64,000 bases of DNA from Candidatus Omnitrophota bacterium. GTDB taxonomy: Bacteria > Omnitrophota > Gorgyraeia > Zapsychrales > JAHFFX01. The position numbers and the translations under genes are program-made. Location of the stretch: assembly GCA_023247705.1 (NCBI GenBank), contig JAHFFY010000001.1, positions 33,358-97,357 of the forward strand, read 5' to 3'. Positions 8,284-17,865 of the stretch are shown here, one piece after another. Every line of letters starts with the position of its first letter. The first letter of the stretch is position 1. The notes under the pieces are model-generated. The model was not told the DNA's origin, ran no database searches, and saw nothing but the letters and a program-made list of their open reading frames with translations.

Positions 8284-10359
8284 ATGTCAGGAACACCGCA
8301 AAAAATTCGAATCGGATCACGTTCCAGCGCTTTGGCCATCAAACAGGTTGAAGAGGTTTTGTATCTTTTCAAAAAAAGTGGGATCTATTTTGAATATGAA
8401 CTCAAGATATTTCAAACCCGCGGGGATCACGACAAACAGACTCCTCTCACCGCTAGCTCAATTGATAATTTTTTTACCGATACTCTTGATGAAGCCCTCC
8501 GGACCGAACAAATCGATCTTGCGGTGCACAGTGCGAAAGATGTTCCTCAGCGATTGCCGCCAGGATTGGATTTATTTGCATTAACCCCGTGTTTGGACGA
8601 AACAGACAGTCTCGTGGCCTCCCGAAAATTATCTGAACTTAAATCCGGATCGAAAATCGGTGCAAGCAGTTTAACTCGTCAGGAAGCGATCAAAGCCATT
8701 AATCCTCATGTTAAAGTGTTTGATATCCGTGGGACGATCGAAGAGCGGATGGATTTGGTCAAAAAAGAAACATTAGATGGAGTGATTATCGCGACGTGTG
8801 CTTTAAAACGTTTAAATTTAGAGCAAGACATCACGGAAATCATGCCCTGGGAGACAACCGCATTACAGGGACAATTAGCGATCGTTGGCCGATCAAGGGA
8901 TTTAAAATTAAAATTCATGTGTCATCCGCTGGATGTCCGTTCAAAGTATGGACGGGTTGTTTTGGTTGGTGCTGGTCCGGGAGACCCGGAACTCATCACC
9001 TTGAAGGCGATCAAGGCGTTAGAACAAGCCCAGTGTGTTTTTTATGATTACCTTGCTCATCCTGATTTATTGAAATATGCGCCCAACGCCGAAAAGATTT
9101 ATGTCGGTAAAAGAAAAGCCGAGCATTCGCTTTCCCAGGCGCAACTGTCCAGAATGTTACGCGAAAAAGCCGCGCAAGGCCAACAGGTCGTTCGATTGAA
9201 GGGCGGAGATCCTTTGATTTTTGGGCGTGGGGCGGATGAGATTCAATATTTAAGATCTTATCATATCCAGGTGTCGGTTGTGCCCGGCATCAGTTCAGCT
9301 ACAGGCATTCCATCGCTGTTAGGCATTCCTCTGACGGCGCGCGGCATTTCATCTTCAGTTGCTTTTATCAGCGGACATGAAGAGGATGAAAAAATTCTAC
9401 CTAACAGAATATTACAGATTCCAAAAGTTCAAACGATCGTATTTTTTATGGGATTGACAAAGTTAAAGATCGTTGTCGAGTCTTTACAGCAATCCGGATG
9501 GTCCAATGAAACACCGGTAATTATTATTTCTAGAGGAACAAGGCAAGATCAACAGATTGTTACCGGAACGATCAGCAATATTGAAGCGCGGTTATTATCC
9601 CATAAAATTGAGCCTCCGGCCCTGATTATAGTCGGAGAAACGATTGAATTTTATAATCAAAATAATTCTGCAGCCCCCAATATTCTGTATTTGGGGACCA
9701 AGCCGGAGAAATACGCGTTTTTGGGTCAGATCATTCATTTCCCTATGATGGATATTATTCCCACTGAATTCTCTCAACCACAGCGCGATCAGATTTTTTC
9801 CGATTTTAGTCGAAGCGAAGTCATTATTTTTACCAGCAGGTTTGCTGTGCAATATTTCGTCGCGTTGCTACAAGACCAAAAGGATCTTTTATCGAAGCTC
9901 AAGACCAAGATCATCTGTGCCGTGATCGGCCGGGAGACCGAGAAGGTTTTAAATGAGTTCGGTATCAAAGCCCGCTGTGTTCCTTCGATCGAAACCAGCC
10001 AGGGATTGTTTGAAGCTTTAAACCAACAGTTTGAACTCAAAGGAAAGAAAATTATCCTGCCCCGTTCCTCATTGCCAAACCCGTATCTCAAACAAAAATT
10101 AACCGAAAACGGAGCACAGGTGATCGAGGTTACAATTTATAAAAACAAAAAGCGAACAACAATTTTCCCGAACCTCCAAGACCAATCCTTTGCCCAAGTG
10201 AGCCATATTCTTGTTTCGAGTCCGTCAACGGTTAATTATTTTCTCGAGATTTATCATCAGATCCCTCAAAATTGGCAAATCATCAGTAAAGGACCAGTGA
10301 CGACTCAGGCGTTATCAAACGTCGGTTATGCGACAACAAAAATCATTGAATTAATGTAG
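8284..10359 (+). CDS. Triple fusion: porphobilinogen-deaminase-like domains 1-2 + uroporphyrinogen-III C-methyltransferase (CobA/SUMT) + uroporphyrinogen-III synthase (HemD)
   Basis: The HemC-like part carries IRIGSRSS, TRGD, AVHSAKDVP, SSLTRQ and ALKRL. It runs directly into the SUMT motifs VVLVGAGPGDPELITLKA and GGDP.IFGRG. A HemD-like C-terminal region of about 230 aa follows. ATG 8284 (MSGTPQK) is preferred over ATG 8248. Confidence 0.8.
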   Translation: MSGTPQKIRIGSRSSALAIKQVEEVLYLFKKSGIYFEYELKIFQTRGDHDKQTPLTASSIDNFFTDTLDEALRTEQIDLAVHSAKDVPQRLPPGLDLFALTPCLDETDSLVASRKLSELKSGSKIGASSLTRQEAIKAINPHVKVFDIRGTIEERMDLVKKETLDGVIIATCALKRLNLEQDITEIMPWETTALQGQLAIVGRSRDLKLKFMCHPLDVRSKYGRVVLVGAGPGDPELITLKAIKALEQAQCVFYDYLAHPDLLKYAPNAEKIYVGKRKAEHSLSQAQLSRMLREKAAQGQQVVRLKGGDPLIFGRGADEIQYLRSYHIQVSVVPGISSATGIPSLLGIPLTARGISSSVAFISGHEEDEKILPNRILQIPKVQTIVFFMGLTKLKIVVESLQQSGWSNETPVIIISRGTRQDQQIVTGTISNIEARLLSHKIEPPALIIVGETIEFYNQNNSAAPNILYLGTKPEKYAFLGQIIHFPMMDIIPTEFSQPQRDQIFSDFSRSEVIIFTSRFAVQYFVALLQDQKDLLSKLKTKIICAVIGRETEKVLNEFGIKARCVPSIETSQGLFEALNQQFELKGKKIILPRSSLPNPYLKQKLTENGAQVIEVTIYKNKKRTTIFPNLQDQSFAQVSHILVSSPSTVNYFLEIYHQIPQNWQIISKGPVTTQALSNVGYATTKIIELM

Positions 10360-10402
10360 AATTGAAAAGCTCGTGTATAATACAGTATCAATATAAAAAA
10401 TT

Positions 10403-11359
10403 ATGAATCGTTCTCGACGGCTACGCAAAAATGAAATTATTCGCAATCTGGTCAGGGAAACACGATTAGCGAAAGATCAGCTCATTCAGCCTTTTTTTGT
10501 CTTGGAAGGAAGAAACAGGAAGATTGAGATATCTTCCATGCCCGGGATTTATCGCTATTCAGGAGATTTACTTCTGAAGGCAATTCAGGATTATCAAAAA
10601 TCAGGAGGGAAGGCGGGAATTTTGTTCGGAATTCCCGGGAAGAAAGATTTGCAAGGAAGTCAGGCCTATGCGGACAACGGGATCATTCAAAAAACTCTAA
10701 AACTGATCAAGAAAGAATTTCCAGATTTTTTTGTTATCACTGATGTTTGTTTGTGTGGATATACTACCCACGGACATTGTGGACTTGTGGAAGGCCGACA
10801 GATCCTCAACGATAAAACGCTGCTGCTTTTGACAAAAGTAGCGGTGTCCCATGCGCAAGCTGGAAGTGATATGGTTGCTCCATCGGATATGATGGATTTT
10901 CGGGTTCAGCATATTCGTGCGGGCTTGGATAAGAATGGATTTGAGGATACTCCAATCCTGTCTTATGCCGTCAAGTATTCGTCCGCTTTTTACGGCCCGT
11001 TTCGCGATGCGGTTGATTCAACCCCGCAGTTCGCAGACCGCAAAACTTATCAAATGGATTGTGCTAATCAGCGTGAAGCGATCAAAGAAGCCCGGCAGGA
11101 TGTCATGGAAGGTGCTGATCTGATCATGGTGAAGCCGGCGTTACCGTATTTAGATATCATAACCTTGCTTCGGCATCAGCTCACCGTGCCTATTGTCGGA
11201 TTTAGCGTTAGCGGAGAATACGCGATGATTAAAGCGGCGGCTCGAGCCAAGTGGATTGATGAAAAATCTTCAGTTCTGGAAAGTTTAATTGCGATTAAAC
11301 GCGCAGGTGCGGACATAATTATCTCCTATTACGCGCATGAAGTTTTAACATGGATATAA
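10403..11359 (+). CDS. hemB: Porphobilinogen synthase (delta-aminolevulinate dehydratase)
   Basis: Full-length ALAD-like sequence with the zinc-type Cys cluster DVCLCGYTTHGHCG and the Schiff-base lysine context DLIMVKPALPYLD. Confidence 0.9.
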   Translation: MNRSRRLRKNEIIRNLVRETRLAKDQLIQPFFVLEGRNRKIEISSMPGIYRYSGDLLLKAIQDYQKSGGKAGILFGIPGKKDLQGSQAYADNGIIQKTLKLIKKEFPDFFVITDVCLCGYTTHGHCGLVEGRQILNDKTLLLLTKVAVSHAQAGSDMVAPSDMMDFRVQHIRAGLDKNGFEDTPILSYAVKYSSAFYGPFRDAVDSTPQFADRKTYQMDCANQREAIKEARQDVMEGADLIMVKPALPYLDIITLLRHQLTVPIVGFSVSGEYAMIKAAARAKWIDEKSSVLESLIAIKRAGADIIISYYAHEVLTWI

Positions 11360-12633
11360 AAAGATCGAAGCAGATATTTAAGGAAGCCCAGACCGTCATG
11401 GTAGGGGGTGTTAATAGCCCGGTGCGATCTTTTCGGTTGGTGGGAGGACATCCGTTGGTGATGAAATCGGGTCAAGGAAGCCAGTTATTCGATGAAGACC
11501 AAAATGCTTATACGGACTATTGTTTATCCTGGGGCTCTTTGATTCTAGGGCACAGCCACAAAGATATTGTCCAAATCCTGAAAAAAGCGATTGTCCATGG
11601 GACAAGTTTTGGAACCACGACCTCGGCTGAACTTGAGATCGCTAAATTTATTACCAAAAATATTCCATCAATTGAACGCGTTCGGTTTGTTAATTCCGGA
11701 ACTGAAGCAACGATGAGTGCAATACGCGTGGCCAGGGGGTTCACAAAAAAAGAAAAGATCATCAAATTTGATGGCTGCTATCATGGCCATTTTGATGATT
11801 TGTTGACAAAAGCGGGATCCGGCGTTGCCAATTTATCGGAATCCTCGAGTCTTGGGATTACGAAGAACCATATCCAAAATACCTTCAGCCTGCCATTCAA
11901 TGATAGCCAAACGTTTGAAAAAATTGTGACCCAGCATAAAGCTGAAATTGCCTGCGTGATCATTGAACCTGTTGCTGGCAACATGGGGGTTATTCCAGCT
12001 AAAGAGGAGTTTTTGAAAACAATCCGGCAAATCACTCAAAAAAATAATATTGTTCTGATCTTCGATGAAATCATGACGGGTTTCCGCAGTCATATCGGTG
12101 GTGTTCAATCAGAGTTAGGTGTCATTCCTGATATGACCTGTTTGGGAAAAATCATCGGAGGCGGATTCCCCGTTGGCGCGTATGGTGGTAAAAGGGAAAT
12201 CATGTCCTACCTTGCGCCGTTAGGTGGCGTGTATCAGGCTGGAACGTTTGCCGGAAATCCTGTCGTAATGCAAGTTGGTCTGGCGACTTTAAAAAATTTA
12301 ACGCCATCTTTTTACAAAAAACTGAATGCCTTTGCGGATCAATTTGCCCAGAAGTTGAATGCTTTTTTTCAAAAGAATCAAATTGAAGCGTTTTTATCGC
12401 ACTATAAATCCATGATGAGTTTACGATTCAGAAAAAAGCCGGTTGCGAATTACGAAGACGCTGTCGCAGCCTCTTCACAAGCAAAGTATTCTAAAGTTTT
12501 CCACCAGTTATTACGCCATCAAATCTATTGGCCTCCAGCTGATTTGGAAGCATTTTTTTTGTCCGGATCTCATACGCAAGCAGATTTAAATGTGTTATAT
12601 CGATGGATATGTGATTATTTCAGTAAAAATTAA
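11350..12633 (+). CDS. hemL: Glutamate-1-semialdehyde 2,1-aminomutase
   Basis: Class-III aminotransferase layout with VNSGTEATM, FDEIMTGFR and the PLP-lysine context CLGKIIGGG. It overlaps the hemB stop by 10 nt. Confidence 0.9.
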   Translation: MDIKRSKQIFKEAQTVMVGGVNSPVRSFRLVGGHPLVMKSGQGSQLFDEDQNAYTDYCLSWGSLILGHSHKDIVQILKKAIVHGTSFGTTTSAELEIAKFITKNIPSIERVRFVNSGTEATMSAIRVARGFTKKEKIIKFDGCYHGHFDDLLTKAGSGVANLSESSSLGITKNHIQNTFSLPFNDSQTFEKIVTQHKAEIACVIIEPVAGNMGVIPAKEEFLKTIRQITQKNNIVLIFDEIMTGFRSHIGGVQSELGVIPDMTCLGKIIGGGFPVGAYGGKREIMSYLAPLGGVYQAGTFAGNPVVMQVGLATLKNLTPSFYKKLNAFADQFAQKLNAFFQKNQIEAFLSHYKSMMSLRFRKKPVANYEDAVAASSQAKYSKVFHQLLRHQIYWPPADLEAFFLSGSHTQADLNVLYRWICDYFSKN

Positions 12634-12683
12634 TTTAGAATGCTAAACATTTTAAGCGTTTGCAAAAGAAAGGAGATGCCGTA

Positions 12684-13079
12684 ATGTACAAGTTCTCTAG
12701 AAATTTATTTTTTGCGTTTTTAGTCGGGGTCATTTCTTTTTCTGCTTCAGGGTGCCTGCCTTTAGTCGTTGGCGCTGCAGCCGGAGCGGGAAGCGTTATT
12801 TGGGCCAAGGGGACCATTCAACAAGATTTCAATAGACCACTTAATAGCGTCTATAAAGCAACCAAGGTGGCCCTGAAGAAACTGGATGTGCCTATTATCG
12901 TTGATAAGAAAGATAACTTGACTGCTCATCTGGAATCGCAATTTGCAGATGGGAAGAAGATCAAAATCGATATCGAATATGTTTCAACCTACACGTCCAA
13001 GATCTCGATCCGGGTTGGCACCCTTGGCGATGAGAATAAATCCAGGGAAATTTTGGAAATGGTCATAAAATATCTCTAA
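12684..13079 (+). CDS. Small lipoprotein of unknown function (DUF3568-like)
   Basis: Signal peptide with lipobox SASGC. AAAGGAGA lies 8 nt upstream of ATG 12684; the TTG 12660 in the track is less likely. Confidence 0.5.
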   Translation: MYKFSRNLFFAFLVGVISFSASGCLPLVVGAAAGAGSVIWAKGTIQQDFNRPLNSVYKATKVALKKLDVPIIVDKKDNLTAHLESQFADGKKIKIDIEYVSTYTSKISIRVGTLGDENKSREILEMVIKYL

Positions 13080-13186
13080 TTAAGTTTTTATGCAAACGAT
13101 GAAATGTTTATTGAAAATTAAAATATAATTTGTTATTACTATGGCATGGATAAAATGAACCATTAGGATTGGAATGAAAGATCTCT

Positions 13187-13543
13187 ATGGAAAATACTGA
13201 TTCATTTTCAACCCGTCCCTGGGGTAATTATCATAAGCTTTTTCAAGAGCCCGGAGTCTGGGTTAAGCGGGTGGAAGTCAACCCCGGAGCCCGTTTGAGT
13301 TTGCAGAAACATATCAAGCGTTCGGAGAAATGGATTGTGGTGAATGGTTTTGGCTTAGCTGTAGTCAATAATCTGGAAATCAAGGTTAAACCAGGTTCAG
13401 TCATTGATGTTCCTTTGGGGGCCGTCCATCGCATCGGAAACACGGGGCAAGAGAAATTAATCTTCATCGAGGTCGCTTGCGGTAGTTATTTAGCAGAGGA
13501 TGATATCATCCGCCTACAAGACGATTACGATCGTAAATCCTAG
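13187..13543 (+). CDS. Cupin-domain protein resembling the C-terminal cupin of type II phosphomannose isomerase
   Basis: RPWGNY..., SLQKH..RSEKW.V..G and VHRIGN resemble a cupin metal-site pattern. The protein is 118 aa. Confidence 0.55.
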   Translation: MENTDSFSTRPWGNYHKLFQEPGVWVKRVEVNPGARLSLQKHIKRSEKWIVVNGFGLAVVNNLEIKVKPGSVIDVPLGAVHRIGNTGQEKLIFIEVACGSYLAEDDIIRLQDDYDRKS

Positions 13544-13650
13544 AAGCCATTTCATAACCCCTTTTCACCACGTCAACCTCGTCAATGAGAAGGATCGTTT
13601 TCGATGTTGTGAAATGATTTCTAAACAAAAGACGATCAAATTTTATTATA

Positions 13651-15024
13651 TTAGATATATCGGCGTAAATGAGAGGGAAGGATTTTTAACGAATGTCGGT
13701 ATTTGCTGACTGTTCTACGGGCAAGAACTAATCCTTTTTCCTGAAAGAGACGCTGAATATCTTGGTCTGAGAGGGGTGTATTTTTATCTTCGTTGTCCAC
13801 CATATCTTTAATTTCCTCGCGAATACTCCTGCTCGAAATATTATTCTGTTGTTCATCAACCAGGCCGTTTGAGAAAAAGAACTTGATTGGGACCACCCCT
13901 TGAGGAGTTTCAATATATTTATTTTGAATGGCTCGGCATATGGTCGATTCATTCCGGCCGATCGCCAGTGCGATCTCTTTCATGTTCATGGGCGGAATGG
14001 CACTGTTTGTTCCTTCGAAATACTCTTTTTGTTTGGTGAGGATAAACTGCGCGATTTCCCGAATAGTTGAACCGCGCTGTTCTATACTTTTGATGAAATG
14101 GAGGGCATCTCGCAGTTTTCCCTTAAGAAATTCCTTTTCTTCATTGGTTAAATTGTTTTTACTCATAATATTTTTATAGAATGAATTAATACGCAAATGG
14201 GGGATCTGCCGCATATTGATATTAATCTGATAGCCATGAACAGGATCATTTTTGATGATTACATCTGGAACAATCTCAATGTTGCTGGATAATGGACGAT
14301 AATTTCTGGCTGGTTTTGGTTCCAATAATGCGATAATTTTGATTGATTCTTTGAGTTTGTCAATGGATATCCCTAATGCGCGAGCGATTGGCGTGTATTT
14401 TTTTCGACCTAAATCTTCTAAATATAAGTCTACGATTTTATAGACAGCGGTTTCCTTTGCGTAATTTTTGTTTCGTAACTGACAAAGTAGGCATTCTTTG
14501 AGTGTAAAAGAGGCTATGCCGATCGGTTCAAAGTTTTGAATGATTCTCCTGACTTCTTCAACTGGTTCTGTGGAGGGCAGGGCAAGGACTTGTGCTATTT
14601 CATCACAAGATATTTTGAGATAGCCATCTTCATCAAGGTTTCCAATAATCAATTCGGCAATTTCGAGTTTGAGCGAATCAGATATTTCAATGCGAGCTTG
14701 TTGCAGGAGTATATCTTCCAGAGGAAGCTCTCTGGTGATTGGTTTTTCTTCAAATTCATCTTCATCCGTTGGATGGTTGTCGTATTTATTTATTTTGTTC
14801 AATTCCGTATGCTGAAGGATTTTTTGATTCATTTGGGATTCGAGGTGTGCAACAGAAGCCTCAAGGTTTTCTTCCGCCAGCTCAAGAAGCGGGTTATTTT
14901 CAAGTTCCTGCTCAATTGTTAGGCGTAGTTCAGTCAAGGGTAGCATAAGAATCGAGATAGATTGCTGCATGAGGGGAGACAGAACTGGTTTTAGGGTCTG
15001 TAAAGGTGTTAATTTGAATTTCAT
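13651..15024 (-). CDS. rpoN: RNA polymerase sigma-54 factor
   Basis: L/Q-rich region I (MKFKLTPLQTLKPVLSPLMQQSISIL), an acidic region II, and a C-terminal HTH plus RpoN box ARRTVSKYR. The start is ambiguous between ATG 15024 and ATG 15042. Confidence 0.9.
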   Translation of the reverse strand: MKFKLTPLQTLKPVLSPLMQQSISILMLPLTELRLTIEQELENNPLLELAEENLEASVAHLESQMNQKILQHTELNKINKYDNHPTDEDEFEEKPITRELPLEDILLQQARIEISDSLKLEIAELIIGNLDEDGYLKISCDEIAQVLALPSTEPVEEVRRIIQNFEPIGIASFTLKECLLCQLRNKNYAKETAVYKIVDLYLEDLGRKKYTPIARALGISIDKLKESIKIIALLEPKPARNYRPLSSNIEIVPDVIIKNDPVHGYQININMRQIPHLRINSFYKNIMSKNNLTNEEKEFLKGKLRDALHFIKSIEQRGSTIREIAQFILTKQKEYFEGTNSAIPPMNMKEIALAIGRNESTICRAIQNKYIETPQGVVPIKFFFSNGLVDEQQNNISSRSIREEIKDMVDNEDKNTPLSDQDIQRLFQEKGLVLARRTVSKYRHSLKILPSHLRRYI

Positions 15025-15323
15025 ATGCAGAAAGTATACCATATGATTTTAAAATAAGGCAAATTCTAATTTTTTTTATCATATTTCCATTTTATCAATT
15101 TTAGCGGTGATGATAATAATTTTAAACATTTGTTTAACTCTTTATTTTTCTTGGCTTTTCTGTGCTTGTCCTACCTTGTCTAGGACAAATACGTCCATTC
15201 TTCTAAACACATACCTAAAGTGTGTCTGTAAGTGTTTTTATCAAGCGCAAAAATTTATTTCATAACTTATTGAAGATAATTAGGTTATAGATTTAAAAAA
15301 TATTCTCAACATCGATACAAAGA

Positions 15324-15339
15324 TGGCACACTAGTTGCT
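15324..15339 (+). promoter_or_regulatory. Sigma-54 (-24/-12) promoter, TGGCAC-N5-TTGCT
   Basis: TGGCACactagTTGCT matches the consensus in both elements and in spacing. It lies 86 nt upstream of the first gene of the EPS array and is divergent from rpoN. Confidence 0.75.
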
Positions 15340-15424
15340 TAATGCCATTGTAAATCGATGCAATAATGATTTGCGATATTCAATATATATTATAAAATAC
15401 ACAAAGTAAAAAGGAGGAGTTGCA

Positions 15425-15610
15425 GTGAAGAAGAGAATGACTATTACGGAAGTCGCCGGCATGATTGGCATCAGTCCGAAAACAATAGCGCGATGGGAAA
15501 AAGTTGGAAAAATTAAAAAACCCAAACGAGATTGGCGTGGATGGCGAGTGTACGATGAAAATGATGTCACCCAGATTCGGGAATTTCATGAGACTGTGTT
15601 TGAGGTATAA
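15425..15610 (+). CDS. Small MerR/excisionase-type helix-turn-helix DNA-binding protein
   Basis: The HTH is MTITEVAGMIGISPKTIARWEKVG. GTG start has AGGAGG 7 nt upstream. The protein is 61 aa. Confidence 0.6.
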   Translation: MKKRMTITEVAGMIGISPKTIARWEKVGKIKKPKRDWRGWRVYDENDVTQIREFHETVFEV

Positions 15611-15648
15611 AAAGTCTTAAATTTAATCAATTTAAGGAGTCGCAATAT

Positions 15649-16488
15649 ATGAAACACAATATAAAAACATTTAATATTCTGATTTTAGCTTTAATGGCCA
15701 TTCTATTGGACTTTAACGTTGTTCACGCCGAAAATTATGCTGGCGGGAATCCAGAGATCAAAGCTAAAGAACAAACTCAAAAATTAACAGAAACCAAGAA
15801 TACTGATACTACTAAAGAAGCTCAAGAAGGGATGGTAGTCCAGGAACCTAGCGCAGAAGATATTCTTCAGCAATCACAATCTTTATCATCGGAATCTGAT
15901 CCGAGTCGATATACGTTAGGAGTCAATGACGTGATCGAAATATCTGTATTGCGCCATCCAGAAGTCACAGGGCAATATGTGATTAATAGTGAAGGCAAGA
16001 TCCAATACGAATTTGTCGGAGATATTAAAATTCAAGGAAAGACAAAGGATGAGGTCAAGGCGATCATAACCGAAAGTTTATCAAAATATATCGTATCTCC
16101 GGATGTAACAGTTAAAATCAGCGGATATAACAGTAAAGTCGTCTATGTCATTGGAGAAGTTGGAAATCCGGGAAAGATTTATATGCGAGGAGATACGATT
16201 ACCATTCATGAAGCTCTCCTGCAAGCGGGCTTACCGCTTTTAACCGCTTCTACGCGAAAAAGCAGGCTCATAACACCTTCAAAAGAAGGAAAGGCTTCTC
16301 AAAAATTCGTTAATGTGGAAGCTTTGCTGTATGAAGGTGACTTAAGAGAAAATTTAGTGATGAAACCTGGAGATACTCTTTATATCCCAGCAACTGTTAT
16401 GGCGAAGGCTATGAGAGTTATTTCTCCGGTCGCTCAACCAGTCGGAGCAGCCGCTACTACTGGAAGAACCGTTACGACAGGTTTTTAA
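15649..16488 (+). CDS. Polysaccharide export protein (Wza/EpsE-like; Poly_export + SLBB)
   Basis: Signal peptide, then YTLGVNDVIEISV...INSEGKIQYEFVGDIKIQGKT..E and a GEVGNPG soluble-ligand-binding beta-grasp region. Confidence 0.8.
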   Translation: MKHNIKTFNILILALMAILLDFNVVHAENYAGGNPEIKAKEQTQKLTETKNTDTTKEAQEGMVVQEPSAEDILQQSQSLSSESDPSRYTLGVNDVIEISVLRHPEVTGQYVINSEGKIQYEFVGDIKIQGKTKDEVKAIITESLSKYIVSPDVTVKISGYNSKVVYVIGEVGNPGKIYMRGDTITIHEALLQAGLPLLTASTRKSRLITPSKEGKASQKFVNVEALLYEGDLRENLVMKPGDTLYIPATVMAKAMRVISPVAQPVGAAATTGRTVTTGF

Positions 16489-16536
16489 TTTTATCATAAT
16501 AACCGTTATTCTCGGATAGGCAAGAAAGGAAATAGC

Positions 16537-17841
16537 ATGGATGATTTAAATACTAGTTCGCTGTCAGTCATGAGTTATCTAAAAATATTTTTTAGAAGAA
16601 AATGGCTGTTTATTATTCCCGTGTATGCCGGTTTGATTTTCGGTGTTTGTGCAGGGATAGTTCTTCCGAAAAAATATTTATCATCCACAATTATTTTGGT
16701 AGAGGAAGGGAAATCGGATAATCCTTTGTTTAATAATTTAGCTGTTTCAACGACCGTCACGCAACGTATGACAGCGATTCAAGAGTCCATGCTCGGATGG
16801 AATAGTCTGGTCAAACTCGTTAAACGGTTAAATATGGATTCCTTGGTGAAAACGCCGCAAGATTTGGAAAAGCTGATTTTAGGCATAAGAAAGGACATAA
16901 TTATCAAATTACGTGATAAGAATATTATTGATCTATCTTACATTGGTACGGAGCCGGAACAGACTCAAGCCGTCGTTAAGAATATCACAGAAATTTTTAT
17001 CGAAAGAAACGTTGAAGTCCAAAGCAAGGAAACCTCTGATGCCATCACTTTTATAGAAGGGCAGTTGCATCTTTATCAGGGGAAGATTAAATCAGCAGAA
17101 ATTGCGCAACTTCAAGATCAATTGAATACATTATTATTAGATTCAACCGAACAACACCCGCATGTCAAGCAACTCAGAGAACAGATTGAAAACAAAAAAC
17201 AAGAATTAGCCAAAGAGAACCTGGTATATACGGAAAATGTTTCTCTGGATACAAGCACTACAAATCCTATTATTGATGAAATCAAAAAAGCTTTAGGTAA
17301 TATCGAAACAGCGAGCAATGATGGTCCCGATGCCAACGGGATCAACGATCCAGGAACCAAGGATATTTATAAAGTTATGTTAATTGATAAACTTGACAAT
17401 GTGATCGCCCGTGATGTTAATGTTAACACGAACATTTATAATATGCTTTTACAGCGACTGGAAACTGCGAAAATTACCCAGCGCCTGCAGTCGTCAAAAG
17501 AAGGTACGAAATATACAATTTTAGATCCGCCGCGGGTTCCGCTAGATCCAGTACAACCTAATAAAGTTTTAGTGATCATGATGGGAACCTTGCTTGGCGC
17601 GATCATCGGAGGGGCATTGGTTTTTGCGATCGAGTTCCTTGATAAATCGTTTCTTGATGTTGAGGAAGCCAAAGAATATCTCGGAACACCTCTTTTAGGA
17701 GCGATTTCAAAGATTGTTACAGTGGAAAGTTTGCAGCAAGACAAAGTTAAACAAGGATGGATTGCCGGATTAACCGCAGTGGCCGGAGTCATCATCGTCA
17801 TTGTCACAGTGCTGGTATCGAAATTTATTTCAAACAGTTAA
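16537..17841 (+). CDS. Polysaccharide chain-length determinant (Wzz/GumC/EpsF-like)
   Basis: An N-terminal TM, a long coiled-coil periplasmic region, the P-rich PPRVPLDPVQPNK motif and a C-terminal TM. Confidence 0.8.
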   Translation: MDDLNTSSLSVMSYLKIFFRRKWLFIIPVYAGLIFGVCAGIVLPKKYLSSTIILVEEGKSDNPLFNNLAVSTTVTQRMTAIQESMLGWNSLVKLVKRLNMDSLVKTPQDLEKLILGIRKDIIIKLRDKNIIDLSYIGTEPEQTQAVVKNITEIFIERNVEVQSKETSDAITFIEGQLHLYQGKIKSAEIAQLQDQLNTLLLDSTEQHPHVKQLREQIENKKQELAKENLVYTENVSLDTSTTNPIIDEIKKALGNIETASNDGPDANGINDPGTKDIYKVMLIDKLDNVIARDVNVNTNIYNMLLQRLETAKITQRLQSSKEGTKYTILDPPRVPLDPVQPNKVLVIMMGTLLGAIIGGALVFAIEFLDKSFLDVEEAKEYLGTPLLGAISKIVTVESLQQDKVKQGWIAGLTAVAGVIIVIVTVLVSKFISNS

Positions 17842-17865
17842 CTATTCAAGAAAGAAGACGTCATT

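Noticed and set aside
8160-8584. Small ORFs 8160-8351 and 8348-8584 in and around the hemC leader.
   Set aside because: They overlap the well-supported HemC-like frame, have no SD and show no recognisable motifs. They are most likely frame shadows.
15282-15289. An AGGTTATA octamer shared upstream of both sigma-54 promoters (also at 50239-50246), considered as an activator or IHF site.
   Set aside because: The distances to the -24 element differ (42 vs 59 nt), the motif is not dyad-symmetric, and an 8-mer match in AT-rich spacers is expected by chance.
15425-15610. The MerR/excisionase-type HTH as a marker of an integrated mobile element or genomic island boundary.
   Set aside because: No integrase, transposase, tRNA target or flanking direct repeats were recognised. 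Base composition looks continuous with the flanks.
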